A stretch of DNA of 64,000 nucleotides. It comes from the human T2T-CHM13v2.0 reference genome, Homo sapiens. A model generated the notes under the pieces. The model was not told the DNA's origin. It was given only the letters and a program-made list of their open reading frames with translations, and made no database searches. The translations under genes and the position numbers were made by a program. Shown here one piece after another: positions 1 to 25,052 of this stretch (position 1 is its first letter; each line of letters starts with the position of its first letter). Location: assembly GCF_009914755.1 (NCBI RefSeq), contig NC_060948.1; one strand, given 5' to 3'.

Positions 1-93
1 CTAAATAAATAAAATACACTCTTCCATTCACTCTAAAATGTGTGTACATGAAGAGTATACAAGAAGGGTTCTAATACAGAAACAAATAAATGA

Positions 94-377
94 GGCTGGG
101 CATGGTGGCTCACGCTGTAAGCCTGGCAGTTTGGCAGGCAAAAGTGGGTGGATCAGTTGAGGTGAGGAGTCGGAGACCAGCCTGGCAAATATGGTGAAAC
201 CCAGTCTTGACTAAAAATACAAAAATTAGCTGCACATGGTGGCATGCACCAGTAATCCCAACTCCTCAGAAGGCCGAGGCAGGGGAATTGCTTGAAGCTG
301 GGAGGCGGAGGTTGAGGTTGAGCCGAGATCCTGCCACTTCACTCCAGCCTGGGTGACAGAGCAGTACTCCTCAAAAC
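94..377 (+). mobile_element. Alu (also 23624-23907)
   Basis: ggctgggcatggtggctcacgc...ctaaaaatacaaaaattagc...actccagcctgggtgacagagc. Confidence 0.92.
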
Positions 378-1522
378 ACACACAGACACCCCAAAACAAC
401 TAAAAAATGAAAATAAAAATTTTGTACTCACAGTTCAACTCGCATATCTAACGGAAAACAGAAAGTACATTAAAACAAAGTTTCCACAAAAGGCAAATAA
501 AACAAATGAATCACCTTGCACATAAAATTAAAATAATAAACTGAAGAGAACTATACGGAAAAAAATTCAAAATTTACAAGTAAGTACTCTACAAGAAGCT
601 GAAAGTCACTCAAAACTTTTCTGGATTCCATGTCTCTACAGTGCAAACATGATCATAAAATTTGCTGGGGGCAGAACCATCAAAATGTATCTTACAACTC
701 AATAAACACTTCAAGTCTCACATAAGAATTGTAATGGAAAAGGGACGCGTCTGCAGTATTTCTACACAAATCTGAACAAACACTATTTCTTTGTACACAT
801 TGTTTCACTGTTCCAAGAAAATAACTTCCATATTAATATTAGGGGATGTGACAAAGCAGGTCTTCATCATGATAAGTAACACTGGGTGTCCACACCACTA
901 CTCAGGTGGGCCTTAATTCCCAGCCAGGTTCCCTCCCTGGACACACAATGAAGGGCTCATCCATTTTGCAATCTCTTCACATTTCCTCCCCTGTGAGCCC
1001 AGTGTGGTTCTCCAGATTCCCTGTGTAGCGGCCTCTCTTGTCTGGTGGGGCAGGGTGGGGCAGGGAAGTGTGGGTGATGATGGCAGAGGGCAGAAAGCAT
1101 CTCAGGGAAGCCTGGGATCATTGTAACAAAAAATGATGGGCGTGGGACAGCCCATCAGGGAAGACATAGAGAGGGGCCTTGGGAGGATATCTGCGTGGAG
1201 GGTGAGAGGGCCCTGGTTGAGCCCAAACTGAGCCCCAAGTGGTAGCCGGCCTCAGGCCTCAGCCGGTGAGGGATGATGAGACAGCTACCACTTGAGCCTT
1301 GCTTCTCACCCACTGACCTTAGACACTTATTCCTCTTAGGCGGCTGAAGGTGCCCCAATCCTAAAATGTGGGTGTTACAGTTCTTTGATGGCCATTTCTC
1401 CGCCAGCCCATGGATGGCGTGGGATTGCTCACTGCAGTCACCTCCCTGAGGCTTGGTTTCTCCATGTGGGGCACAACTCCAGGAATCAACCGCCTCTCAG
1501 TCCCCAGCCCCAGACTGCTCAC

Positions 1523-3752
1523 CTGGCCTCCTCTCTGTTCACTCTCTAATGGCCTCCCTCCCTGGAGAAGTACTGCAGGGGATTGAGCTACAGGCTCTGG
1601 CTGATGATCTAGGGGACTGCAGAAGTGGGTACAGGTTAGTTCAGGTCATGGCTCAAAGCCAGTTCCCCAGAGGCCAAGGAATGACCAGCAAGATCCTTTC
1701 CCATGATGCCCTACCTGGCGCTCACCTCAGCAATCCTGCCAGAACCTGGGCAGTCATGGTCAGCCAACCAGCTGAAGAAGGTCAGGTAGGAGCTGTACGG
1801 CCTGCAGCTGGAGGCTTGACCTTCATGATCCCACAACCACTAGACTGCAGTGGAATGAGACATCCCGTATCCTGCAGAGAGAGGAGTCAGGAAGGTTCAT
1901 GCCAGACCTACCCTCCCACACACCAGCTCCCCTACCATGCTGGGAGGCGCTCCTTACCGAGGATGCCAAGGCAGTACTCCTGAATGATCACTTCATTGTG
2001 GAGGTAGAGACTGTGATAAAAGGAAAACTTCATCCTGCTGCCGGTACCCGGAAGAGTTGCTTTCCTCCCCTTACCTGGCCAAGAAGGAGAAAGAGGACGT
2101 ACTCAAAGGAGCATTTCATGTAGCTGGGGTGAGGTGACCTGTTAGCTGGGGTGAAGCATGTGTTTCTCCTTCCCAACTCTCTCATTGAGACACCCCCGGG
2201 TCCCAGGGGTACCTCAACCTGACCCAGACACCAGACCCCTCCCGAAGACTCAGGCTCCTTAGCCCGACCTGCAAATCCATCACGTACGTAGCTTAGCAGG
2301 ACTTCATCATCATTTGTGATCCCGGCCAACATCTCGGTGTGCCGCACAATCTGCCTCTGGTCAAGGAGCCGCCGGATGATTGGGTGGGCGTGCAAGGAAA
2401 CACCCTGCAACTTTGCAAGAGCACGGAGAGTGTGGGGCAGGGCACCTTCCCTTCCAGGTCCTCTGTCTCTGTCTGGCGTGGAGGGCACCATCAGAGCTGT
2501 GGTGGTCTTGGTGGTGGGTGGAGGCAGGCCCAGACAACCTGCTCTGACCAGGGGCTGGCACTGAAGAAGTGGGCAGGGGGTTGGGGGCGGGGTGTTGTTG
2601 TGTGAGGCGACTACTTGCTCGGCGTTTCTGAGCTGCAGGAGGCCCTCCTGTGCTGGGTGCTGGACAGGCTCTGCTGCTGTCTGGGTGTGCCGTCTCTCCT
2701 TCTCCTGGTCTCCCTGAGGGGTGCACGTGTCCACCCCAGGCAACCGCTGTGGGTAGAAGTAGCTACGGGGCTGTGCCTGGCTCTCCCCGTGGAGCTCGAG
2801 TGGTTTCAAGGGAGCTTATATATACTCAGGGCCTAAACATCTTTGGGTGCAGCGCTGGCAGAGGGAAGAAATTGTGTCTGGGGAGATAGTGCCTGCCTTG
2901 CATAGGACAGCAGCCCCGTGCACAGTGACACCGAGTCTTGAGCACCTTGTGTTTCTGGGGTAAGCTTGCTGGACACAGGCAAGGGGAGCAGGGAAGTTCC
3001 GTGGCTGGCATGGGCATGCAGACTCCCCTTCCTCCAGGGACTTTCCCGGTGAATCGTATCCTTCAACTTTCTGCTGTTATGATGGGTCCTTGGCGCTGCT
3101 ATTCTCCCTGGTGAGTGCTGTGCTTGGCTTCCTGTCCCTACCACATGCCCTCAGGGCACATGCAATTAAGCTGCCCTCCTATCCGCATGAGCCTGTTCTC
3201 AGTTCCCCTTGTTGTCCCCCATGCCCTGAATCCTGGCTGACCGCCAGTGCCTACCACCTTGTTTCCCCCCACCTCCGCTCCCGGGAGCTCCGCGCCCATC
3301 CCCTGCTGCCAACCATCCCGAATTGGCAGCTGCAAGGATATGGCTCTGGCCCAGAAGCCGGGGATGCCCTGTGGCCTGGGACATTCACGTAGCCGAGCTC
3401 CAAGTGAAGGACGTCCAGCGAGTCTGTTGCTGGCCGGGGCGTACTGGGGCCAGGGCCAGGCTGTGCCTGCAGGTCCTCCTGCTGTGGCTCCACATTGGCC
3501 TTCCTCCTTGGCCACCACCTCCATCTCTGCAATGATGTCATCCCCCACTAGCATGCCTCTCCCCCCAGGGTTGTCTTCCTGCTCTGTGCACAGACCATCC
3601 TCTCCTGCACAGCCTCCAGCCTTAACATGGTGCCCTCCTTGAGGCTCCAACAGAGCAAAGCCTGTGCCTCCCACCCCACCCCCCCGGCACCCGTCAACTC
3701 TGGGGGCAACTCCAGGAGAGGCCTGCGGGCCTTGCCCTGCTGAGAACCACAT
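1523..3752 (-). pseudogene. Unprocessed TSPY-like (NAP/SET family) pseudogene; exon remnants ~3752-3342, 2350-2269, 2074-1958, 1871-1726, 1608-1523
   Basis: Minus-strand peptides resemble TSPY1 in order: AQALLCWSLKEGTMLRLEAVQE, DDIIAEMEVVAKEEG, QPGPGPSTP, QGIPGFWARA, IVRHTEMLAGITNDDEVLLSY, LYLHNEVIIQEYCLGIL, SHSTAV*W...LTFFSWLADHDCPGSGRIAE, IISQSL*LNPLQY. Lesions include in-frame stops, frameshifts, an exon-1 donor reading AT, and an internal exon-1 deletion. Confidence 0.88.
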
Positions 3753-4419
3753 CCTACACCTATGTGGAACAGGGTTCCTGGGGGGCCCCACAGGGCCCTT
3801 AGCCTGTCACACTCACACTGGGGCTCAGATACCCAGCAGGGTTAGCTGCGCACGGCAGCCCTGGAGTCGGATGCCAAGGCCCTGGCTTCCAGAGCCCCGC
3901 TAGCAGGCACACGGCCACCACTGCACTTGTGAGAGCCTCTGCACCAGCAAAGCAGTGCACACGGATCACTGCATTGGCGACCATGGCGGTAGGCCTCCCG
4001 TGTGCCCAGGGCACAGGATGAGAAGTCCTTTGGAATGCCCCTGTGAGTACAGCATCCTCAGGGAGGAACCATGGAACTCGGAGTATGTATTTGCCTAGAC
4101 CTGACAGAATCCTTGCAGGGTTTCAGCTTCTGGTGCAGATGAATTCCACCTCAGCAACGTACCAGTCGACTTTAGTCCCACGCACCCGCCCTGCCCCAAT
4201 CCCCCCAAGCCACCGCTGCTGCCCTCGCCCCAGCAGCAGCGCTGGTCCCTCTCTCTCCCCTCTGGATCCGCAATATTCAGTACCATCAGCCTAGCCTGCC
4301 TAATGAAGTGAGATGTTTCATGTGTTCCCTGTGGGTTAGTTAATGTCTTGCCACACTCAGGATGCCAGTTAGGGTGTAGGTCTTCCATGCCCACAATTGC
4401 AAAGGGCTCACAGTTCGCG

Positions 4420-4747
4420 TGTGCCTTAATCCACCGCGGCCCGCCACGTGGCACAAGCGTGGTCTCGGAAGAGTTACCGCGAGATGATGGAGCCGCAGGC
4501 CTGCTGGGGCGGAGCGGCCTCAGGACACGCCCACAGCCTTTGCAGTAACTGGCTGACGCCCACCGCCTTCGCAATGATTGGCCGCTGGAGGTAGGCGGGA
4601 TTTCCGGGCACGGCTTCCGGCGTCCTTCCCTCTCAGGGAAGCTCCAGCTGTCCCTCCCGCAGTTGGCCCTGTGGTGTTCCGAAGCCGGTTACGTACGGCC
4701 TGAGGGCCAGGCGAACCTCAGGCTCTTTGTCCTACTAAAAAGCGCAG
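4420..4747 (+). promoter_or_regulatory. CpG-rich RBMY1 promoter and non-coding exon 1 (donor after 4747)
   Basis: Locally CpG-dense. E-box CACGTG 4445-4450, GC box GGGGCGGAG 4506-4514, reverse CCAAT (ATTGG) 4577-4581, ETS-like CTTCCGG 4614-4620. Donor GCGCAG|GTATTT at 4747/4748; exon 2 acceptor at 6608/6609. The exact TSS cannot be read from sequence. Confidence 0.75.
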
Positions 4748-5395
4748 GTATTTTCTGTTTCTCTGGACAGCTGGGTCTCTCGGCAAGAATAGAAAGCGAA
4801 GGTTTGGGATTTTGTCTATAAAAGGGGATGGGTTTTCTATGTGTGGGTGTTGAATTACGGGAGGAGTCAGTGGGGAAAGAACTCCTCAGTGCTATTAAGA
4901 GACTCACTTTCGTTAAACTCATTGATTTTTCCTGAGGATTCTACCTTTAACTGCCTAATGTGTCCGACTAGTTGTGGGAGATGGTGCTAAGCCGCCATTG
5001 GTTTTCATGTGCACTTTTTATTAAAGCGGGTTTTCTCTGTGAATGTGGTGATAATTCAGAATACAGGCAATACACTTAACCACTGCGATTAAAAAGTCAC
5101 ACTTTTGGTTAGCACATGTCGCGTGTCTGATTTGCTTGGAAGAATTATCAAATTTTGACATAAATTGTGTTACTTTAGTGTATGTAGAAATATGGGGCCA
5201 CAAATAATCTGAGTTTCAGTTTGCCTCTGTAAAGCCTGTGATTGTCTCCTTCGTTGTATGGCAGTATTTGAAACGTTTCATGTGTCTTTGGCACCGTAAA
5301 TAATTTAAACCGAATAAGTGGGTGTAATCGAGACAAATGGAGTTAGATAGCCGAAAACTGGAACAAAATAGATGCGCTTAAGTTATTCTGTTAAC

Positions 5396-5500
5396 CTGGC
5401 ACACTGCCTTACTCCTGTAGTCCTAGCATTTTGGGAAGTGGAGGTCGGAGGATGGCTTGAAGTCAGGAGTTTGAGACCAGCCTGGGTAACGTACTGGACT
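5396..5500 (+). mobile_element. Alu left-monomer/FLAM-like fragment (also ~28926-29030)
   Basis: cctgtagtcctagcattttgggaag...caggagtttgagaccagcctgggtaac. Confidence 0.7.
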
Positions 5501-5509
5501 CTTTCATTG

Positions 5510-5880
5510 CTATTTTCGCATCAGGGACTGGTTTAGTGGAAGTCAGTTTTTCCTCAGAGAAAGGTTGCGCAGGGGAAGAAGGCGGCGAGGTGGACAGGTT
5601 TGGGAGTGGGGGCTGGCGGCAGGTCTCCGAGGGGCACGTGGTGGGGCGGGTCTTCCGGTAGGAGCAATGTGACAGAGGCCAGGTGGGGCAGTGAGGCTGT
5701 CACGGGGACAGGGAGGGCCAGCGAGGGAGTAGGGAGGATGGTTTCCGGATAAAACTGTACCACCTCAGGTCATCCTCAGGCGTTACATTCTCCACAGACA
5801 GGTATTGCAGGTCATCCTCCGGCATCACATTCAGGCCACAGATAGGTACGGGTTGAAGGCTAGGGTTTGGGGATCTTTGA
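5510..5880 (+). mobile_element. MER1-type (hAT-Charlie) DNA transposon relic with G-rich insert (also ~29040-29410)
   Basis: cagggactggtttagtggaag..., ggatggtttccggataaaactgtaccacctcag and a terminal ...gggtttggggatc resemble the MER1 consensus as I recall it. Confidence 0.6.
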
Positions 5881-5982
5881 CCTATTGTATATTTCAAATC
5901 ACTAAAAGATGGTAAAATATTTAAAATATTCTCCTCCTAGAACATTTTAAGTAGCTTGATTTAATCTCTTATCCAAATATCA

Positions 5983-6260
5983 TGCTGAGTGTGGTGAGTC
6001 ACCCTTGAAATCCCATCACTTTGGTAGTCCCAAGCCGGCAGAACACTTGAGCCGAAGATTTGGAGACTAGCTTGGGCACTATGGGGAAACCCTTGTCTAT
6101 TTTTAAAAATACAAAAAATTGCCCAGCTGTGGTAGAAAGCGCCTGTAGTACTAGCTACTTGGGAAGCTGAGATGTAGGAAGATCAGTTGAGGCTGGGTGG
6201 AAGAGCCTGCAGTGAGCAGTTCACTTTGGCGACAGGAGACAGACATCTCAAGAAAGAAAA
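5983..6260 (+). mobile_element. Degenerate Alu, AluJ-like (also ~29513-29790)
   Basis: Dimeric Alu remnants with aaaatacaaaaaatt linker and cctgtagtactagctacttgggaagctgag. Confidence 0.8.
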
Positions 6261-6591
6261 TATGCAAAACATCACACTGTACCTCATAAATAGATTCTTT
6301 TCAAATAAAATTATTTAAATGGGGACATTCTTCATATTGCAACTGAGGAAAATTACAATAGCTTTTCTTATCTAATTTTTAGAAATGAGATTTTTGTCAG
6401 GTACATACTAAAATGCAGCATTTGTCCATGAAGTTAGTGCCCCTTTGCTCTGAGTGTTACAAATTTTACATATATAAAGTAAGAAATACTAAAAAGATGT
6501 CAGCCTCAGGAAGGGAATTTTACTTGGGTTTTCAGCACAGTATGTAATAAAATTTTATCTTTTTAGCTTATTTATATCTAAATATAGATAA

Positions 6592-18760
<12,169 letters not shown>

Positions 18761-19014
18761 AGCAAGCATTGAAAATAATAGTTATTGCATACCAATCCTT
18801 GTTTGCAAATCAAAAATTGAAATGTTATTTCTGCATTGTTACCTGCATATTACTGAAAGAAACATGTTGGTTTTGTGGAGAGAGGTAGATACTAACTTCC
18901 TCCATGAATTTTTTGAGGTATTCAAAGGAAAAGGAATTGTTTTCAAAGTAATTTCATACTTGTTGATGCTATTTGAAAAGTGTTTAGATGTAATATCTAC
19001 CTTAAAATTTTCAC

Positions 19015-19020
19015 AATAAA
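19015..19020 (+). terminator. Polyadenylation signal of RBMY1 copy 1
   Basis: AATAAA ~255 nt after the stop codon, followed by GT-rich sequence. Confidence 0.7.
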
Positions 19021-19635
19021 ATTTGACATGTACTGCAAGATGCCTGGTGTTATTGGTTAGCCGCGCATGCTTAAAGCAAATTCAATAGGAGAGTAAATTG
19101 TGTAGTCTGTTGTACATTTTCCTTTGTTTCTTTGAACATAGGTACAAAATTAGGGATGTGTTATGTCGCCCTTGCAAGCTGCTCAAGTTTTGTAATTAGG
19201 CTGTTTCTCTTTAAAAACTAACAAGGTTAAAATGTTGGAGAAGTCTTCAGAAAGACTACAAAACTGTCTGCCTCACCATAAAACGTTTATTTTTTAGAGG
19301 AATAGTACAGGTCAAAGGAAATCATTAGATGTATTGATACTAAAGTTTAAGACATCCGGAACATTCTATGTGAAGCATTCTGTGACTGAAGAGGATAACG
19401 GTAATGAAAACTTTTTTTTTCACCTAAATCAGAAGTGAACCAGCTAAGTTTCTCAGGTGCGTAGCATAATGAATTTAAATGTTCGTAGTTTAAATAGTGG
19501 AAAGTAAGTGTTTTGTCTTGTGAGGTTCCCACGTTAATTTTTTCTTGAATATTTTGACAGTGGATGTTGTAAGTAATGGTTTAGTAATATGTTCTTACAG
19601 ATAGGAATAATCTAGAGTGGTTGGGATAGTATCAG

Positions 19636-19917
19636 TTTTTTTTTGAGGTGAAGTGTATAGCTTTGTCGCCGAAGCTGGGGTGCAGTGGCTCTGTCTTGGC
19701 TTATGGCAACCGCTGCCTTCTGGATCCAAGCTATTCTCCTGCCTCAGCATCCTGAGTAACTGGTATTAGATATGTGTGCCGCACAGCGGGGCCAATTTTT
19801 GTATTTTTAGTGCAGACAGCGTTTCACCTTGTTTGCCAGGCTGTTCTTAAAATCCTGATCCACCCTCCTCAGACTCCCGAAGTGCTAAGATTATAGGCGT
19901 GTGCCACCACTGTCAGC
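19636..19917 (-). mobile_element. Alu, antisense (also ~43176-43457)
   Basis: T-tail, attctcctgcctcagc, aatttttgtatttttag. Confidence 0.85.
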
Positions 19918-20379
19918 CTATCGTATTTAATTGATAATATGAATGGAAACGCTTTAAACCTCATACTTAGGGGAAAGTGAAGTGTATAAAACATAAACAA
20001 CAGCATAAAGTTTCCGACGGGATTGCTTAAAGTTTTAAGACATCACTGAATGATACAAATATTTAGACCGAAATAACTAAATGAATTAATTTTCCTGATT
20101 ATACAAACTAAAGAAATGAAATACATCAAGTTCCAGAAGTTTTGCAGTCCATAATTCTTACAATTGACAGACTAATCTGCAAGGAGGAAGTATTTTCTTG
20201 AAAAATTTTGACAGAATCATCAATTTTTACAGGGTAAGGGTACAAATAATTTTAAAGGGAGAAGTTACCAACTTTGATTTTCAAGTGAGTTATTCATGTT
20301 ATGGAGTGTTTTCATTCACCTGTAGCATTGTGAGGATGAAGTGAAAAGATAAATCTCCCGAGTCTTGTGTATCTTACTG

Positions 20380-20670
20380 TCCATGTGTGATGGCTCAGGT
20401 CTCTAATTCTAACACTTGGGGAGGCCGAGGCTTGCAGAGCACTTTAGGACAGGAGTTGAAGACCAGGCTGGCCAACACCATGAAACCCCATCTCTACCAA
20501 AAATACAAAAATTAGCCGGGCATGGTGGTGCCTGCCTGTAGTACGTTGCAGTTAATTGGGAGGCTCAGGCAGGACAGTGGTTTGAACCTGGGAGCCTGAT
20601 GCTGCGGTGAGCCGATATTGCACCATGCACTCTAGCCTGGGTGACAGAGTGCAACTCCAACACAAAAATA
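20380..20670 (+). mobile_element. Alu (also ~43920-44210)
   Basis: aaaaatacaaaaattagccgggcatggtggtg...gcactctagcctgggtgacagagtg. Confidence 0.88.
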
Positions 20671-20737
20671 ATTATATCAATCAACAAATATATACATAAT
20701 AAATAGGGTATCCTTCAGTTCAAGCACTTACCGATTC

Positions 20738-21045
20738 TTTTTTCTTTTTTAGAGACAAGGTCTCACACTGTTGTCCAGCCTAGACTGCAGTGGCACCATC
20801 ATAGCTCACTGCAGCCTTGAACACGGGCTTGAAATGTGCAAGCCTTCCATTTCAGCCTCCCAAGTAGCTGGAATTACAGACACACACCAACCACCGTGCC
20901 CAGCTTTTGTGTTTGTGTGTGTGTGGTAGGGACAATGCTTTGGATATATTGTTCAGGCTGGTCTCAAACTCCCAGACCGAAATAATCCTCCTTCCCTGGC
21001 TTCCCAAAGTGTTGTGATTATAGCCGTGAGCCACTGAGTCTGGCA
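20738..21045 (-). mobile_element. AluJ-like, antisense (also ~44278-44585)
   Basis: agagacaaggtctcac...atagctcactgcagccttgaa...ggctggtctcaaactccc. Confidence 0.85.
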
Positions 21046-21414
21046 TATCTTTTCTCATTATGAGCGACATTCCACCTCACTGAGTCTGGCGTATCTTTTC
21101 TTGGTATCAGCGACATTCCACCTTCGCTCTATTAATTATTTTGAGATGTACAATAAATCATTATTAAGTGTAGTCATCCTGTGCCACTGAACACTAGATA
21201 TTATTCCTTCTAAGCAAGTATAATTTAACCCACCCCCATCCCCTCTTTGATCCCTCGCTTACCAGTTCACATTACTTGTATCAAAATATCACATGTATGC
21301 CAAAAGTATCTACAACTGTTAGGTACAAATTTTCATTCCCTTCCTCCTTCCCTCCCTTCCTTTCTTCCTTCCTGTCTTTCTTTCTTTTTGTCTCTGTATC
21401 TTTTTCTCTCACTG

Positions 21415-21712
21415 ATTTTTTTTTTTTTAAGAAAGAATCCTGCCCTGTCACCTAGGCTGGAGTGCAGTGGCGTGATCTCAGCTCACTGCTCCCTCCTTAT
21501 CACGGGTTCAAGCAATTGTCCAGTCACACCCTCCTAAGCAGCTGCGACTGCAATCATATGACACCAATCCTGGCAAATATTTTGTATTTTCAGTAGAGAC
21601 CAGGTTTCACAATATTTGCTCAGGCTGGTCTTGAGTTCCTTTCCTTTAGTGATCCACCCACATCAGCCTCTCAAAATGCTGGGATCCAGGCATGAGCCAC
21701 ACTGCCCACCCA
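21415..21712 (-). mobile_element. Antisense Alu preceded by a CT-rich tract; paralogue at ~44955-45285 contains the identity breakpoint
   Basis: ctaggctggagtgcagtggcgtgatctcagctcactgc...gtagagaccaggtttcac. Confidence 0.85.
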
Positions 21713-21738
21713 GTTGTATGCATTTCTCTCTCCCGTGA

Positions 21739-21940
<202 letters not shown>

Positions 21941-22429
21941 AGACGTGGCATCTTGTCATGTCTAATTTCGTATCTGTTTTAAAGCTCGATTGATAAGCAA
22001 TATTGACTTCCTGGAATGTTTTATGTTTACAAAACAATTATAGTACTACTATTTAGCCTCCTCAGATAAAATATGGTAACACACAAAACATACACACACA
22101 GACAAAGACACAGTCAGTGATCAAAAAAAATCAGTGTAGGCCACGACCTAAATGAAAGGTGAGCTGCTGCAGTTGCCTAGAATTAAAGCAGACCAGAGTT
22201 GACCCATACCAGGCTGAGAGATGTGAACAGAGGCTTTCCAACAACTCTATCAGATACATGTTAGATTATTCTCCAGCCATAGCGAAGGGACATTAAAGAT
22301 CTGTTGTGCTTAGAAGAGTCTCGATGATTTGACTTTTCCAGGGTATTAGCATTCATGATGTTGGCCTTTACAGCTCTCTGCAATGAAGTCAGTAGACGAC
22401 ACAGTTTTTCTAGGAGTCTAAAGTGCTTT

Positions 22430-22870
22430 TCAGAATTATCTAAAACTTAGTGGCTTAAAACCATAATTATAATTTACTAACTGTCAGTCTCTGCAATCGC
22501 CCTCAGTCTCTCAGCCAAATGAATGTGGTTCAGGGGCGCTCAGGAGGATGCAATCTAGTGATGGCCAAAGATGGGGACATTGGCGGGTGTCTTCTCATCT
22601 CCCTGGTGCCATGGCTAGCGTGACTCAAATAGCAGGGGCTGGACTGCTGAGATGCTCAGACATCTTGTTCTGTTTCTTTGAGTCTCTCCATTGGATGTCC
22701 CTTCTGCATAGTGTTATCAGGGTGTTAGACTGCGTGATGTACTGGTCGGGGGCTCCTAAGGGGTTTGTCCCCATGAGAGCAGGAGACCTAGGCAGAGCCG
22801 TGTCACCGTCTCTAAACTAGGCCAGAGGTGGTCCAGTATCCAGAAACTGCTTGCAGTGTTTTCTATACAT
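22430..22870. mobile_element. Degenerate MLT1/MaLR-type LTR (paralogue ~46003-46430)
   Basis: aaaacttagtggcttaaaac is a typical MLT1 motif. Boundaries approximate. Confidence 0.5.
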
Positions 22871-23042
22871 TAGAAGCAAGTACTGTGTTCAGTTCCATCA
22901 GGAATATTTTCAAATGGGTTTGAGAAGAATTTCAAAGTGTGTTTCAGACCACTACAGTGGCCATGCCTAATAATTCCTTATTTTTACAAGTGCTGGATGG
23001 GTTTTTCCCAAAATAATGCTTTCTTGGGGGGTGTGGGGTGGT

Positions 23043-23326
23043 GGAGACAAAGCTTTGGTCTTGTGACCCAGGCTGTAGTGCAGTGGCGTGATCTTGGCTC
23101 ACTGCAACCACCGCCTCTTGGGTTCAACCGATTCTCCTGCCTCAGCCTCCCAAATAGCTAGGATTACAGGAACCTGCCACCATGCCCAGCTAATTTTCGA
23201 ATATTTAGTAGAGGTGGGGTTTCACCATGTTGACCCCGCTGGTCTTGAACTTCTGACGTCTGGTAATCCACCAGCCTTGGCCTCCGAAAGTGTGGGGATT
23301 GCAGGCGTGAAACACCCCGTCCGGCC
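23043..23326 (-). mobile_element. Antisense Alu whose tail region is G-rich
   Basis: caggctgtagtgcagtggcgtgatcttggctcactgcaacc...gtccggcc. Confidence 0.9.
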
Positions 23327-25052
23327 TTCAAATTATATTTTCATACCCACTCACTTCCACAATTTTTTGGACCTATCTGCGTGTTCTCCTCGGAGGCGGG
23401 GGGACGGAAACAGTATCAGCGTTCTTGAAAAATTTATGAAAGAGAGAATGACAATACTATACTAGGTTTAACCTATTCACAATACTGTATTTACTGAATA
23501 AAAACATTGCGTTTAAAATTCTACTATTGACTAAATAAATAAAATACACTCTTCCATTCACTCTAAAATGTGTGTACATGAAGAGTATACAAGAAGGGTT
23601 CTAATACAGAAACAAATAAATGAGGCTGGGCATGGTGGCTCACGCTGTAAGCCTGGCAGTTTGGCAGGCAAAAGTGGGTGGATCAGTTGAGGTGAGGAGT
23701 CGGAGACCAGCCTGGCAAATATGGTGAAACCCAGTCTTGACTAAAAATACAAAAATTAGCTGCACATGGTGGCATGCACCAGTAATCCCAACTCCTCAGA
23801 AGGCCGAGGCAGGGGAATTGCTTGAAGCTGGGAGGCGGAGGTTGAGGTTGAGCCGAGATCCTGCCACTTCACTCCAGCCTGGGTGACAGAGCAGTACTCC
23901 TCAAAACACACACAGACACCCCAAAACAACTAAAAAATGAAAATAAAAATTTTGTACTCACAGTTCAACTCGCATATCTAACGGAAAACAGAAAGTACAT
24001 TAAAACAAAGTTTCCACAAAAGGCAAATAAAACAAATGAATCACCTTGCACATAAAATTAAAATAATAAACTGAAGAGAACTATACGGAAAAAAATTCAA
24101 AATTTACAAGTAAGTACTCTACAAGAAGCTGAAAGTCACTCAAAACTTTTCTGGATTCCATGTCTCTACAGTGCAAACATGATCGTAAAATTTGCTGGGG
24201 GCAGAACCATCAAAATGTATCTTACAACTCAATAAACACTTCAAGTCTCACATAAGAATTGTAATGGAAAAGGGACGCGTCTGCAGTATTTCTACACAAA
24301 TCTGAACAAACACTATTTCTTTGTACACATTGTTTCACTGTTCCAAGAAAATAACTTCCATATTAATATTAGGGGATGTGACAAAGCAGGTCTTCATCAT
24401 GATAAGTAACACTGGGTGTCCACACCACTACTCAGGTGGGCCTTAATTCCCAGCCAGGTTCCCTCCCTGGACACACAATGAAGGGCTCATCCATTTTGCA
24501 ATCTCTTCACATTTCCTCCCCTGTGAGCCCAGTGTGGTTCTCCAGATTCCCTGTGTAGCGGCCTCTCTTGTCTGGTGGGGCAGGGTGGGGCAGGGAAGTG
24601 TGGGTGATGATGGCAGAGGGCAGAAAGCATCTCAGGGAAGCCTGGGATCATTGTAACAAAAAATGATGGGCGTGGGACAGCCCATCAGGGAAGACATAGA
24701 GAGGGGCCTTGGGAGGATATCTGCGTGGAGGGTGAGAGGGCCCTGGTTGAGCCCAAACTGAGCCCCAAGTGGTAGCCGGCCTCAGGCCTCAGCCGGTGAG
24801 GGATGATGAGACAGCTACCACTTGAGCCTTGCTTCTCACCCACTGACCTTAGACACTTACTCCTCTTAGGCGGCTGAAGGTGCCCCAATCCTAAAATGTG
24901 GGTGTTACAGTTCTTTGATGGCCATTTCTCCGCCAGCCCATGGATGGCGTGGGATTGCTCACTGCAGTCACCTCCCTGAGGCTTGGTTTCTCCATGTGGG
25001 GCACAACTCCAGGAATCAACCGCCTCTCAGTCCCCAGCCCCAGACTGCTCAC

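Noticed and set aside
1453-3903. Long ORFs (176, 259, 217 aa and others) as novel genes; likewise at +23530
   Set aside because: They are GC-rich antisense or intron-crossing frames over a TSPY-like pseudogene. Only short patches match TSPY, and these are broken by stops and frameshifts.
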